DNA from: Squalus acanthias
Lineage: Eukaryota
Direction of reading: 5' to 3'
NCBI GenBank assembly: GCA_030390025.1
Contig: CM059432.1
Location: 87,856,001 to 87,920,000, forward strand
Length of the DNA: 64,000 nt
Part shown: piece by piece, positions 22,695 through 36,129 of the stretch
How the letters are laid out: each line of letters starts with the position of its first letter
How positions within the stretch are numbered: position 1 is the first letter of the stretch
Made by a program: the position numbers and the translations under genes
Notes under the pieces: model-generated
What the model saw: the letters and a program-made list of their open reading frames with translations, nothing else
Databases searched by the model: none
Told to the model about the DNA's origin: nothing

Positions 22695-24358
22695 ATTGGA
22701 AAACCGCAACTGTAACTCCCCTATTCAAGAAAGGAGGCAGACAGGAAGCAGGAAACTATAGGCCAGTTAGCCTAACATCTGTCATTGGGAAAATGCTGGA
22801 ATCCATTAATAAGGAAGTAATAGCAGGACATTTAGAAAATCATAATACAATCAAGCAGATTCAACATGGTTTTATGAAAGGGAAATCGTGTTTGACAAAT
22901 TTACTAGAGTTCTTTGAGGATGTAACGAGCAGGTTGGATAAAGGGGAACCAGTAGTGTATTTGGATTTCAAGAAGGCATTCGATAAGGTGCCGCATAAAA
23001 GGTTAATACACAAGATAAGAGCTCACAGTGTTGGGGGTAATATATTGGGCTGGATATTCTGACCCCCACGGGTGTGTACGAGCTGTATATGCACCTGTAG
23101 GGGCCTCGCAAGTGCCGGTTTCAGGCATGCGAAGCGCACGCGCTAAAACCCGGCACAAGAATTCTCTTGACAGATCCTCCGCCTGCCCGGGAGAGGGGCC
23201 TCCACGGGTGGAGAGTTCCGCTTTCTGTACAACCTCCGCCCGCTGAAAATCTTTAAAAAGCCAGCTTTTACCAGCATAAGAGTTTTAAAAAATAAATAAA
23301 TAAAAAAAATTTCACTCATTTATAATTTAAAAATACTTTAAAAAAGCTAAGTTTATTTTTAGCCCTGTAAAAAGCTTTAATTATTTTTTTCAAAAAATTA
23401 AATTTTTGTTTAAAATATTTAATTTAATGTAATTTTAACTAATTTTAAATACGTGATTTAAAAAAAAATTATTTAATGTTTAACTGTGTTTTTTAAGTGA
23501 TCCCCATTCATACTCTTGACAGATCTATGCGTAGAGCCCTGTCAAAAGTGTGAAGGTGGATTCCCTTCTTTGATTGGTTCTCCACATGATCCCTGGGATC
23601 CTGGGGATGCTTGCGAAGCGCCTGCTCCCCTGGGATACCTGGGCCTCTGCGCGCGCGCACCAGGAGAGGCCCAGGATCAGAAGTGTCGGGACCTATGGAG
23701 CCAGCAGGTAAGTGCGTAGATTTTTCCCGCTCGGAGGCATCCGCACGCAGGAAGCCTCCGATCGGAAAATCCGCCCCATTAGATTGGATAGAGGGTTGGC
23801 TAACTATCAGAAAGCAGAGAGTCGGAATAAATGGGTCATTTTCAGGTTGGCAAACTGTAACTAGTGGGGTGCCACAGGGATCAGTGCCGGGGCCTCAACT
23901 ATTTACAATCTATATTAATGACTTGGATGAAGGGACCGAATGTACTGTAGCCAAATTTGCTGACAATACAAAGATAGATGGGAAAGCAAGTTGTGAGGAG
24001 TACACAAAGAGTCTGTAAAGGGATATAGATAGGTTAAGTGAGTGGGCAAAAATTTGGCAGATGGAGTATAATGTGGGAAAATGTGAGGTTATCCACTTTG
24101 GTAGGAAGAATAGAAAAGCAAAATATTATTTAAATGGAGAGAGACTACAGAATGCTGCGGTACAGAGGGATCTGGGGGTCCTCGTACATGAAACACAAAA
24201 AGTTAGCATGCAGGTACAGCAAGTAATTAGGAAGGCAAATGGAATATTGACCTTTATTGCAAGGGGGATGGAGTATAAAAGTAGGGAAGTCTTGCTACAA
24301 CTGTACAGGGCATTGGTGAGACCACACCTGGAGTACTGCGTACAGTTTTGGTCTCCTT
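22695..24358 (+). mobile_element. CR1 LINE fragment interrupted by a MITE and a second CR1; resumes briefly at 26160-26195
   Basis: RT motifs are continuous across the insertions: ...GGNIL|DWIEGWL... and ...QFWSP|YLRKDILAL. Confidence 0.9.
23047..23777. mobile_element. Harbinger-type MITE
   Basis: Imperfect 13-bp TIR GGGCTGGATATTC / GGGGCGGATTTTC. 3-bp TSD ATT (23044-23046, 23778-23780) inside CR1 coding sequence. AT-rich core. Confidence 0.85.
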
Positions 24359-26155
24359 AGAAACATAGAAACATAGAAGATAGGAGCAGGATTAGGCCAT
24401 TCGGCCCCTCGAGCCTGTTCCGCCATTTAATGAGATCATGGCTGATCATCCAAATTCAGTACCCTGTCCCTGCTTTCTCCCCATATCCCTTGATCCCTTT
24501 AGCCTTAAGAAATATATCTAACTCTTTCTTGAATATATTTAATGAATTGGCCTCAACTGCCTTCTGTGTTAGAGAATTCCACAGGTTCACCACTCTCTGG
24601 GTGAAGAAATTCCTTCTCATCTCAATCCTAAATAACTTAACCCTTATCCTTAGACTGTGACCCCTGGTTCTGGACTCCCCCGCCATCGGGAACATCCTTC
24701 CTGCCTCTAGTCTGTCTAGTCCTGTTAGAATTTTATAAGTTTCAATGAGATCCCCTCTCATTCTTCTAAACTCTAGCGAATACAAGCCCAATCGACCCAA
24801 TCTCTCTTCATACGTCATTCCTGCCATCCCAGGTATCAGTCTGGTGAATCTTCGCTGCACTCCCTCCATGGCAAGAACATCCTTCCTCAGATAAGGCGAC
24901 CAAAACTGCACACAATACTCAAGGTGTGGTCTCACCAAGGCCCTGTGCAACTGCAGCAAGACATCCTTGCTCCTGTACTCGAATCCTCTCGCTATGAAGG
25001 CCAACATACCATTTGCCTTCTTAACCGTCTGCTGCACCTGCATGCTTACCTTCAGCGACTGGTGCACAAGGACACCCAGGTCTCGTTGCACTTCCCCTTT
25101 TCCCAATCTATTGCCATTCAGATAATAATCTGCCTTCCTGTTTTTGCCACCAAAGTGGATAACCTCGCATTTATCCACATTATACTGCATCTGCCATGTA
25201 TCTGCCCAATCACCCAACCTGTCCAAATCATACTGGAGTTTCTCTGCATCCTCCTCACAGCACACACGCCCACCCAGCTTTGTGTCATCTGCAAACTTGG
25301 AGATATTACATCTAGTTCACTCGTCTAGATCATTAATATATATTGTGAATAACTGGGGTCCTAGCACCAATCCCTGCAGTACCCCACTAGTCACTACCTG
25401 CCACTCGGAAAAAGACCCGTTTATTCCAACTCTTTGCTTCCTGTCTGCCAACCAGTTCTCTATCCAAGTCAGTACCTTACCCCCAATCCCATGTGCTTTA
25501 ACTTTGCACGCTAATCTCTTATGCGGGACCTTATCGAAAGCCTTCTGAAAGTCCAAATACACCACAGCCACTGGTTCTCCCTTATCTATTCTACCAGTTA
25601 CATCCTCACAAAATTGCAGTAGATTAGTCAAGCATGATTTACCTTTTGTAAATCCATGTTGACTTTGTCCGATCCTGTCACTGTTTTCCAAGTGCTCTGC
25701 TATTACATCTTTTATAATGGACTCTAGCATTTTCCCCACTACCGATGTCAGGCTTACCGGTCTATACTTCCCCGTTTTCTCTCTACCACCTTTTCTAGAT
25801 AGTGGGGTTACATTAGCTACCCTCCAATCCATGGGAACTGTTCCAGAGTCGATAGAATTTTGGAAGATGACCAGTAATGCATCTACTATTTCTAGGGCCA
25901 CTTCCTTAACTACCCTAAGATGTAGATTATCAGGCCCTGGGGATTTATCGGCCTTCAATCCCGTCAATTTCCCTAACACCATTTCCCTACAAATACTGAT
26001 TTCATTCAGTTCCTCCCTCTCATTAGACCCTATGTTCCCCGACATCTCTGGGAGGTTATTTGTGTCCTCCTTTGTGAAGACAGAACCAAATTTTGTATTT
26101 AATTGGTCTGCCATTTCTTTGTTCTCCATTATAAATTCCCCTGATTCTGACTGCA
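24359..26155 (-). mobile_element. 5'-truncated CR1 LINE nested antisense in another CR1
   Basis: ORFs 25317-26156 and 24456-25265; (TTTCTATG)n tail; TCCTTA duplicated at the flanks. Confidence 0.95.
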
Positions 26156-26195
26156 TATCCTTCCTTACTTAAGGAAGGATATACTTGCCCTGGAG

Positions 26196-26709
26196 AAGGG
26201 CCTCTGCGGGCAGATAGTTCCGCTTTTTGGAGACCCTCCGCCCGCAGAAAACCCTTACAATTCTTATGCCTGGTAAAAGCAGGATGAGAGTTGATTTAAT
26301 ACTTTAAAAATACTTTAAAAAAGGTAAGTTTATTTTTACCCCCGTAAAAAACTTATTTTTTTCAAAAAATTAAAATTTTGTTTAAAATACTTAATTTATT
26401 GTAATTTCAAGTCATTTTAAAAGTGTGATTTAAAAAAAAAAATTTAAAGTTTTACTATGATTTGGGGGTGATCTCCATTCATATATTTGACAGGTCGTAC
26501 TGTCAAGTGTATGAAGGGAAAATCCCTTCTTTTATTGGCTCCCCATGGCCCACGTGATCCCAGGGACGCTGCGAACTGCCTGCGCCTCTGGGATACGTGG
26601 GCCCTGCGCATTTGAAGTTTGGAGAGGCCCAGGAGCAGAAGCGTGTGCGTCCCGGGAGCCCTCAGGTAAGGGCGTAGATTTTTCCAGATCGCAGGCCTCA
26701 AATATGGGC
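26196..26709. mobile_element. Truncated relative of the 23047-23777 MITE
   Basis: Colinear with 23195-23777 (GC-rich arm, AT-rich core, CCCCATTCATA motif, GC-rich arm). Confidence 0.75.
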
Positions 26710-26812
26710 CATTATAACAGTGACTGCACTTCAAAAAGTACTTTATTGGCTGTAAACCGCTTTGGGACATCCTATGGTCATGAAAGGTACTCGAAAATAA
26801 TTTAGAAAAATA

Positions 26813-27896
26813 ACCCCCGCCAGTTGGACTGCTAGTCTCCCCCTTGAATGCCATTGTTCAGCTGTTCCCCTTGCTGCTGATTGAAGCTTGGGCTTTGGCT
26901 GTGAGATCCTGAGCCAGGGGCCAACAGATGAGACCAGGGTGTCAGGCCTGATTTGTTCATGGGGTATGTTGAACTGAGAGAGGAGCCGAGGGAGTGGGGC
27001 TGCACTCAACGGCTGTACCGCGCGCTGCTCTCCACCTCTCCGAGCCCAGCATGAACAACGGCAGTTGGAATTTACGATGTAAAATCAGAGCATGCAATTC
27101 CACCAAGCCTCTCGCCGCAGAACTCCAGTCCCCTGTAACTCTCTCCCTCTCTCCCCCTCCGTTACTCCAAGCCCCAATCGCCGAGACCCAATCTCCTGAA
27201 CTCTCCCCTTCCCATGTCCCAATCTCCCAAGCACCCCCTCCATGATTCCCAATCTCCCAAAGCTCCCCTCCCTGAGTCCCACTCTCCCGAAACCCCCTCC
27301 TCAGTCCCAATCTCCCGAACCCCCCTCCCCAATTCCAATCTCCAGAAACCCCGTTCTCCGAATTCCAATCTCCTGAACCTCCTCCTCTAATCCCAATCTC
27401 CAGAACCCCACCTCCCTATCCCAATCTCCCAAACCACCACACCTCCTACTCCCCACCACCCCTCCCCTCGAGTCCCAATTGCCTGAACACACCGCGGACT
27501 CGGATGAAACCGTTGCGTTGGCTGGATGCTCTTCCTGGCTCCACAACTGTACCGAAGACCATTGCTGGACCCCACTCGGTCTGCTCCCAATGCCCTCGCC
27601 TCCCTCCCGATCACTACCTTTGCTCTCAATCACCACCCTCACTCTTGATCACCCCCTCCCTCCTCATCGCCTCCTCCCCCTCTAACGACTGACCTGCTGC
27701 CAACACAATGGCTCAAAATTTACATCCGCTTCACCGGCAAGCTGCCTGGGGACCCACAGCAGGTGTCCACAGCTCGCCAGTCTAATTTAAATGAGGCCCA
27801 ATATCGAGTGTGCCTCGGCCTTACCCGTTCTGGCACAAGGATCGTTCCCTACGCCTAGTTTGCTCTGGTAGATTGGTGCTATCTAATTTCACCCCC
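26813..27896. mobile_element. Probable Harbinger-type non-autonomous element with an internal C-rich minisatellite
   Basis: Right end AATTTCACCCCC resembles the Harbinger TIRs. Repeats of roughly CCCAATCTCCnnAACCCCCT at 27165-27480. Confidence 0.45.
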
Positions 27897-27899
27897 ATA

Positions 27900-28760
27900 G
27901 TGTTTCCACTGCCTGATCATCCTTACTGAAATCCCTACTTTCTACAGCTGCAGTTGTGTATTTTATCAATATTGCTACTCATCCTCATTTCCCAATTTTC
28001 CAGTCCTTTTTAAAGATCCTATAGTCTGGAATATTTATCTTCCAATTAGCCAAGTCTCTGTAACAGCTACTCCTCATACCCGTTAAGTTCAATTTGTGCT
28101 TCTAACTCACTTGTTTTATTTCTTGTGCTATGTGCATTTGTGTACAGAACTCGTAACGGTCTCCACCCTGTCTTTATGTCCTGCTGGTCTTTTTTCACAT
28201 TTTCTGACTTACTGTGTGGATTTTTCCATTCCACCACCACTCCCCAGCTAGTTAAAATCTTTTCCCACCGCCCTATTACCCTTTCCGCAAGGACTTGGGT
28301 GCCTCTCCGGTTAAGTGAGGTCATCCTGTCTGTACAGCCTCCCTGATTCCAAAAGTGGTCCCAGGAATCTGAAGCCTCCCTTCTACACCATTCTTCCAGC
28401 CACATGTTAATAATCCTAACCTGTTTCTCCATGTCAGGTTCAGAGTGTGGCATAGAGAGTAATCCAGAGGAGGTTCTGCTCCTGATTGTAGAATTTAACT
28501 CCTTAAATTTGTTTTGCAGAACCTCGAACCTACTCCTATCTATGTCAATCATTCCACATGAACCACGACCTCTGGCTGCTCGCCATCCCATTCCAGAATC
28601 TTTTGTGTTCACTCTATGATGTCCCGAACCTTGACATCTGGGAACCAACTTACCATTCGAGACCCTGGATCACATCTACAGAAGAAGCTATCCAGCCCAA
28701 GTATAGAATCCCTCACAATCACCACTCACCTATCCTTACTACCTGTGCTGTTTTCCCAAT
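27900..28760 (-). mobile_element. Old CR1 fragment spanning ORF1 (SGNH esterase-like) and the start of ORF2
   Basis: ...NMWLEEWCRRE...WDHFWN...LNRRGT.VLA (ORF1) followed by LRVLYTNAHS.RNK (APE start). Confidence 0.75.
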
Positions 28761-28789
28761 GGGTAACTACTAGCTTGTCAGTGCCTTGT

Positions 28790-30245
28790 AGTCATAGAAT
28801 TACATAGAATGTACAGCACAGAAACAGGTCATTCGACCCAACGGGTCCATGCCAGTGTTTATGCTCCACACGAGCCTCCTCCCACTTTATCTAATCCTAT
28901 CAGCTTAACCTTTAGTTAGTCAGACACGACCTTCTCTTAACAAATCCATGCTGACTGTCCTTAATTAATCCGTGCCTTTCTAAATGATGATTAATATTGT
29001 CCCTCAGAATTTTTTCCAATAATTTGCCCACCACCGAGGTTAGGCTGACTGGCCTGTAATTACTCGGTCTATCCCTTTCTCCCTTTTTAAACAACGGCAC
29101 AACATTAGCAGTCCTCCAGTCCTCCAGTCCTCCAGTACCACACCTGTAGCCAGAGAGGATTGGAAAATGATGGTCAGAGCCTCCGCTATTTCTACCCTTG
29201 CTTCTCTTAACAGCCTGGGATACATTTCATCCGTGCCTGGTGATTTATCTATTTTCAAAGATGCTAAACCCCTTAATAGATCCTCTCTCACTATGTTTAT
29301 CTCATCTAATATTTCACACCCCTCCTCCTTAACGACAACGTCTGCATCGTCCCTCTCTTTTGTGAAGACAGATGAAAAGTATTCATTAAGAACCATACCC
29401 ACGTCTTCCACCTCCACACAAAAGCTTTCTTTTTGGTCTCTAATGGGCTCTACTCTTACTTTGGTTATCCTCTTGCTCTTTATGTATTTATAAAACATCT
29501 TTGGGTTTTCCTTGATTTTATTTGCCAATATTTTTTCATGCCCTCTCTTTGCTTTCCTAATTTCCTTTTAAATTTCATCCCTGCACTTTCTATACTCCTC
29601 TAGGCTTTCTGCAGTATTTAGCTTTCAGTATCTGATATAAGTTTCCCTTTTATGCCTTATCCTACCCTGTATTCTCCTTGAAATCCAGGGGGCTCTAGAT
29701 TTGGGAACATATTTGCTCTGAACCCTCACTATCTCCTCCTTGAATGCTTCCCATTGCTCTGACACTGATTTACCTTCAAGTAGCTGTTTCCAGTCCACTT
29801 TTGCTAAATCACTTCTCAGCTTAGTAAGATTGGCCTTTTCCCAATTGAGAATTTTTACTCCTGATCTATCTTTGTCCTTTTCAATAACTAAGCTAAATCT
29901 ACCTGAATTATGATCACTACCATCAGAATGCTCTCCCACTGATACCCCTTCCACCTGCCCAGCTTCATTCCCTAAAAGCAAGACATAACCGCCCCCTCTC
30001 TTGTTGGGCTTGCTGCGTACTGGCTAAAAAAGTTCTGCTGAATGCATTTTAAGAATTCTGCACCCTCTGTACCTTTTACACTGATTCAATCCCAGTTAAT
30101 ATTAGGATAGTTGAAATCTCCTACTATTACTGCCCTATTGTTTTTGCACTTCTCAGAAATTTGCCTGCCTATTTGCTCTTCTATCTCCGTCTGACTATTT
30201 TGGCGTCTATAGTACACTCCCAGCAGTGTGATTGCTCCTTTTTTG
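28790..30245 (-). mobile_element. CR1 LINE with large internal deletion
   Basis: APE/linker through QHGFVKRRSCLTN is joined directly to the 3' UTR and tail at about 28910. Confidence 0.85.
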
Positions 30246-30745
30246 ACATGGGATAGCCCTTGTCACTCAGTAGCTAACCACTGGTTTGTCTTGTTGGCTC
30301 AACCACTGAGGGAACAGCAAACTGGCGTAGAATTGAAGCATCATGACTGCTACCAGGATACTGTGCATTCTCCACCATGATTTGCTGAGCATGGTCGCAC
30401 ACCAACTGCACATTCAATTTCAATGAGTGATAACCTTTGTGGTCGGGGTACATCTCAGCATTTCTATACAGTGCTGACAAAGCCACGTACATGCAGTCGA
30501 TGGTGTCCTGCACCATGGGAAGTCCACTATCCTGGCAAAGCCACATGCATGCTCCGTCTGATTCTCTCTAGCTATAGTGAAGACAATGAAGTCCCCACTC
30601 CTGGCATCTGTCACCTCTCTTATGCAGCAGTGGACGGCGAACTGTGAGATATTGCAAATGTCGCTTGCTCCAGCCTGGAAGGATGCCGATGCGAAGAAAC
30701 ACAGGGCCATGGTCACCTTCACAGGCACTGGCAGCACTGTCTTTT
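30246..30745 (-). pseudogene. Harbinger (HARBI1-type) transposase fragment, middle part
   Basis: VLPVPVKVTMALCFFASASFQ...ISQFAVH; IDCMYVAL...KGYHSLKLNVQLVCD...PGSSHD...DKGY. Confidence 0.85.
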
Positions 30746-30905
30746 GTTGGACATCCTGGAGAGATGTATGTTGGACATCCTGGAGAGGTGTATGTTGGAC
30801 ATCCTGGAGAGATGTATGTTGGACATCCTGGAGAGGTGTATGTTGGACATCCTGGAGAGATGTATGTTGGACACCCTGGAGAGATGTATATTGGACATCT
30901 TGGGG
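30746..30905 (+). repeat. 24-bp tandem repeat, about 6.5 copies
   Basis: Unit TGTTGGACATCCTGGAGAG(A/G)TGTA, head-to-tail with no spacers. Confidence 0.95.
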
Positions 30906-33900
30906 AGTTAAAAGTTTAACAGTCGAACTTCTTTGCATCGGAGATGTAAAGTGCTTGTGTAAGGGAATAAGTGTAGGTAATAAAGCGTAGCTTTAGTTTT
31001 AGGGTAATTAAAACAGGAGTAGCAAATCCATTTCAGGAAGTCTTGTTTATAGGAAGTGGTTTGAAGTAAACAATTGCAAACTGTTTACATAGATAGTCTG
31101 TTTTCAAAGGATTTGCGAAATAGATACGTCATTTTGACATTTTCCTTTGATATAGTCAAAAAATGGTATATAAAGGAGCATAGTTTTCAACAGTATCTCA
31201 GAGTGTACTTGAAAGATACAGAAACCAAATATCCACTCTCTGTTTTCAGTTAAAGACCGATCACCTTTACTGTATATCAATAAAGTCTGTTCCGTATACT
31301 CCACTACAAAGCCTCGTCCTTACTCAAAATGTGCTGTTGTGAACCAGAGGAGAAAGGAGGTTGACTCCCTAACATCCTGCTGAAAGAGTATCAGGAGTTA
31401 AGATCTAAATTAAAAAGCAGGACCTCGAGGGTAATAAACTCTGGATTATTGCCCGAGCCATGAACAAATTGGCATAGAAGCAGACAGATCAGGAGAATTA
31501 ACATGTGGCTAAAGGGCTGGTGTTGGAAAGAGGGGTTCCTTTTCATGGGACACTGGCACCAGTTCTGGGACAGGAAGGAGCTGTACCGATGGGACAGGCT
31601 CCACCTGAACTGGGATGGGACCGTGTCCTAGCGGAAAGGGTAAATAGGGAGGTGGCAAAGGCTTTAAACTAATAAGATGGGGAGAGAGATCTACAAGAAA
31701 CGGAACCAGCCTAAACATAAACAAAACAGGAAAAGAGAGCATAGGAAAGAATAAAGTAAGGGAGGACATTGATGGCAAGGGAATAAATAGTTATAGAACA
31801 GGAGTCTAAAAAGATGGCTAAACATAAAGTGAGAGGAAATCCAATTAAAAATGACTTAAACTGTCTGTACAGCAATGCACACAGTATCCGTAATAAAACA
31901 GGGAAGCTGGAGGCAATCATGCATTGCGAGGAACCAGACATAGTAGGGATTACTGAGACATGGCTACAGAAAAATCTGGACTGGGAATTTAACATTGCAG
32001 AGCATTACATATTTAGAAAAGATAGGGAGGGAAAAAGTGGAGGTGGAGTAGCTGTACTTATTAGGGATAACATAATGGTAGTAGAAAAAAGTGACACAGG
32101 TATCAGCAAGACAAAAATAGAATCCATATGGATAGTGATAAAAGATAATAAAGGATCAATCACACTAATAGGCGTAGTCTACAGATGACCTAATAGTGAA
32201 AGGGAGGTGGAGGAAGAAATATGCAGACAAATTAGGGCAATGAGTAAAAAACATAGAATAATAATCATGGGGGATTTCAACTACCTCGATATTAATTGGA
32301 CAGAAGAAGTAAGTAAAGGGGATAAGGGAATGGAGTTCCTACAATGTGTACAGGACTCCTTTCTAACCCAATATGTAAAAAGCCCAACAAGGGAGGATTC
32401 GCTATTGGATCTAATAATGGGGAATGAACCAGAGCAGATAAGAGAAGTAAAAGTAGGGGAACATCTAGGCAATAGTGACCATAATATAATATGCGTTAAG
32501 ATGATAATTGAGAAGGACATAAGCATGATGAAAACCAGGTTAATAGATTGGAGAAAAGCTGATTTTGAGGGGCTGAGAATAGAACTTGGAAAAAGAATGG
32601 GCAACAATATTGGCAAACAACGATGTAGAACAGCAATGGGAAACATTTAAAATGGTGTTCAACAGAGTGCAGGAAAAATAAATTCCGCTGAAAGGAAAGA
32701 ACAAACTAAACAATAATGATACTGCATGGATGAATAAAGCCATAAGGGAAAAATTGAGGGTAAGGAAAGAGGCATACATTAAGTACATAGACAGCCAGGG
32801 AGTGCATGATTAGGAGAATATGAAAAGATTAGGAGAGAAGTCCAAAAAACAATTAGGGAGGCAAAGAGGAACTATGAAATTAAATTATCAAGGAACATAG
32901 AACAAAATAGTAAAATATCTTACAAGCGCATCAATAAAAAAAAGAATGTTGGGATGGGAATAGGGCCATTAAGGGATAGACAGGATAATACCACAGGTAA
33001 CGATAGAGAGATGGCAGAAATATTAAATAATTATTTTGCTTCAGTATTTACCAGGGAGATAGAACAGGTGGACATGACATTGGATGATGAGATTAGCAAT
33101 GAGACAAGTGCATTTAAAATAAAAAGAGGGGATATATTAAATAAACTAATAAAACTCAAAGAGGATAAAACCCCATGTCCGGATGGATTGCATCCACGCA
33201 TTTTAAAAGAATCTAGGGAAGAGATAGCAGAGGCATTACTACACATATTTAATAATTCATTAGAAAAAGGTGTAGTGCCAGAGGACTAGTGGATAGCTAA
33301 CATAATACCTATATTTAAGAAGGGCGATAGAACATGTCCAGGGAATTACAGACCAGTCAGCTTAACATCGGCGGTAGGAAAAATAATGGAATCCCTACTA
33401 AAGGAGAAAATAGAACATCTAGAAACCAAAAATATAATAATGAATAGTCAGCATGGATTTCAAAAGAGAAAGTCTTGCTTGACCAACCTTATTGAACTTT
33501 TTGAAGAGGTAACAGAGAGAGTAGACAATGGTAATGCAGTAGATGTAATTTATCTGGATTTTCAAAATGTCTTCGATAAGGTACCCCATAATAGACTGAT
33601 GAACAGATCAGAGAATGTAGAGTCAGGGGACAAGTAGCAGAATGGATAGTTAGCTGGCCTCAGGACAGAAAGTAGAGAGTGGGGGTAAAGGGTAGCTTTT
33701 CACAGTGGCAGAAGGTGGGTAGTGGTATTCTACAAGGATCAGTGCTGGGACCACTGCTGCTCACAATTTATATTAACGATTTAGACTTAGGAATCAAAAA
33801 CACAATTTCTAAATTTGTGGATGACACCAAATTGGGGGGATAGTCAATACTGAGAAGGACTGCAACAAATTACAGGAGGACATTAATAAACTTGCAGAAT

Positions 33901-34740
33901 GGGCATATAATTGGCAAATGAAGTTCAACACAGATAAATGTGAGGTATTACATTTTGGTAGGAAGAATAGGGAGGTCACTTATCACTTGGAGGGTGCGAG
34001 TCTAGGTGGGGTAGAGGAACAAAGGGATCTCGGAGTACAAATACACAAATCACTACAAGTTGCGACACAGGTTAGCAAGACCATAAAAAAAGCAAACCAA
34101 GCACTAGGGTTTATTTCTAGAGGTATAGAATTGAAAAGTAGGGAAGTTATGCTAAACCTGTATCGAACGTTGGTTAGACCACACTTAGAGTACTGTGCAC
34201 AGTTCTGATTGCCATATTATAAAAAGGATATAGAGGCACTGGAGAGGGTGCAGAGAAGATTTACAAGGATGATACCAGAAATGCGAGGGTATAAATATCA
34301 GGAAAGGATGAACAGGCTGGGCCTCTTTTCTCTTAAAAAAAGAAGGCTGAGGGGTGACCTAATAGAGGTCTTTAAAATTATGAAAAATGTTGATAGAGTG
34401 GATACAGAGAGAGTGTTTCCACTAGTGGGGAAGAGCATAACTAGAGGCCATCAATATAAGATAGTCACCAAGGAATCTAATAGGGAATTCAGAAGAAACT
34501 TTGCCCAAAGAATGGTGAGAATGTGGAACTCGCTTCCACAGGGAGTAGTTGAAGCAAATAGTATAGATGCATTTAAGGGGAGGCTAGATAAGCATATGAA
34601 GGAGAAGGGAATAGAGGGTTATGCTGATAGAGTTAGATGAGGAAAGATGGGAGGAGGCTCGTGTGGAGCATAAACGCCAGCATGGACTGGTTGGGCCGAA
34701 TGGCCTGTTTCTGTGCCATATATCCTATGTGCCATATATC
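30746..34740 (+). mobile_element. Near full-length CR1 LINE (partial ORF1 from ~31340, ORF2 ~31850-34640, degenerate)
   Basis: SGNH-like ORF1 remnants; NCLYSNAHSIRNK...GITETW...GDFN...SDHN (APE); RT motifs; 3' UTR. The 5' boundary is inferred from the interrupted transposase. Confidence 0.85.
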
Positions 34741-34741
34741 C

Positions 34742-34793
34742 TCTCCACGGATGCTGCCTGGCCTGCTGAGTTTTTCCAGCGTTTTCTGTTGTT
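34742..34793 (+). mobile_element. Short Penelope pseudo-LTR fragment in the CR1 tail
   Basis: Matches 21407-21460. TATATCCT is repeated on both sides. Confidence 0.7.
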
Positions 34794-34807
34794 ATATCCT
34801 ATGTAAT

Positions 34808-36129
34808 CCTTGCCCTGGTGTGAGGCTGCAGGTCTGGTTGCAAGAGGTGGCAGAGTTCTGTGAGCACCTCCTTCGTAAAGTGAAAATACCTCAGACAGTG
34901 CTCCAGGCTTAGGTTGAGGTAAGAGAATTGCTCTCGGAAGACCCTAAGTGGGTAATGCTTCCTGCTGAGACCCCTTCTCCCCCTCCTCCTCCTCCCTCTG
35001 TGATCAGCTTGTCCTCTTCTTCGCTGCCTCTGCTCCATCTCCCTGTCATGCTGCAGGCCAAGGGGGATGACAACTAGAGCACCCATGACCAGAACCCTTG
35101 AAGTCAGAAGCAAGGCCTTCTCCACTTGCAGCACCACTCCATGTCATCTCACCAACTTTAAATAACTCTAGAAAGCCCCAAACACTTCCACAAACTTACA
35201 CAGAGCCAGTAGAAATCAAAAGGCAAGTTACCTGAAAGTTGTTGATGATCCCTTTAAATAGCACTGGTGGGGGGTCCTTCCTGCTGCTGAACAAATGTTC
35301 AGCTGTGTGAGGTTAATACAGGGCATTAGTTCCAGCGATGATGAGGAAAATGGCAGCGCTGGTGTCAAATCAGCATTGCGCGTTGATTGACGTCACGATC
35401 TGCCTACTTTTATTCGTTTATGGGATGTGGGCGTCGCTGCAAGGCCAGCATTTAGTGACCATCCCTAATTGCCCGTGAGCCACCTTCTTGAACCGCTGCA
35501 GTCTGTGTGGTGAAGGTACTCCCACAGTGCTGTTAGGTAGGGAGTTCCAGGATTTTGACCCAGTGACGATGAAGGATCGGCAATATACTTCTAAGTCAGG
35601 ATGGTATGTGACTTGGAGGGGAACTTGGAGGTGGTGGTGTTCCCATGCGCCTGCTGCCCTTGTCCTTCTAGGTGGAAGAGGTCGCGGGTGTGGGAGGTGC
35701 TGCCGAAGAAGCCTTGGCGAGTTGCTACAGTGCATCTTGTAGATGGTACTCACTACAGCCATGGTACGCCGATGGCGGAGGGAGTGAATGTTTAAGATGA
35801 TGGATGGGGTGCCAATCAAGTGGGCTGCTTTGTCCTGGATGGTGTCGAGCTTCTTGAGTGTTGTTGGAGCTGCACTCATCCAGGCAAGTGGAGAGTATTC
35901 CATCACACTCCTTACTTTTGCCTTGTAGATGGTGGAAAGGCAAGTGTGCTGGAAGTACTTACCATACTTCCAGAGCACGCTCCTAATGGCTGCCCTACCA
36001 CCCTCACCAAGATGGCGTCTGGCGCGGCCTGCACCAGGTGTGTGCGCACGCTGCTCGGACACCAATTTGGACCCAATTCGGAATATGTAGTGCCCAAACA
36101 ATGGACACTCGTAACCAAATTTCTAGGCC
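34808..36129 (-). mobile_element. Harbinger 5' part: transposase N-terminus, upstream region and TIR (interrupted by LINE B)
   Basis: MGALVVIPLGL...YPLRVFREQFSYL...FTKEVLTELCHLLQPDLQP; TIR AATTTCTAGGCC at 36118-36129. Confidence 0.85.
35408..35940 (-). mobile_element. LINE family B 3' fragment
   Basis: LSTIYKAKVRSVMEYSPLAWMSAA..., same 3' end as the other copies. Confidence 0.9.

Noticed and set aside
24924..26172. Plus-strand ORFs of 134-151 aa (and similar ORFs at 6702-7040 and 40600-41298)
   Set aside because: These are antisense shadows of CR1 ORF2.
26957..27692. Gly/Glu- or Pro/Ser-rich ORFs
   Set aside because: Translations of a C-rich minisatellite.
30746..30905. CRISPR-like array, or the repetitive ORFs (VQHTSLQD)n / (CWTSWRDV)n
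   Set aside because: The units are contiguous with no unique spacers and the context is eukaryotic. The ORFs are by-products of a 24-bp stop-free repeat.
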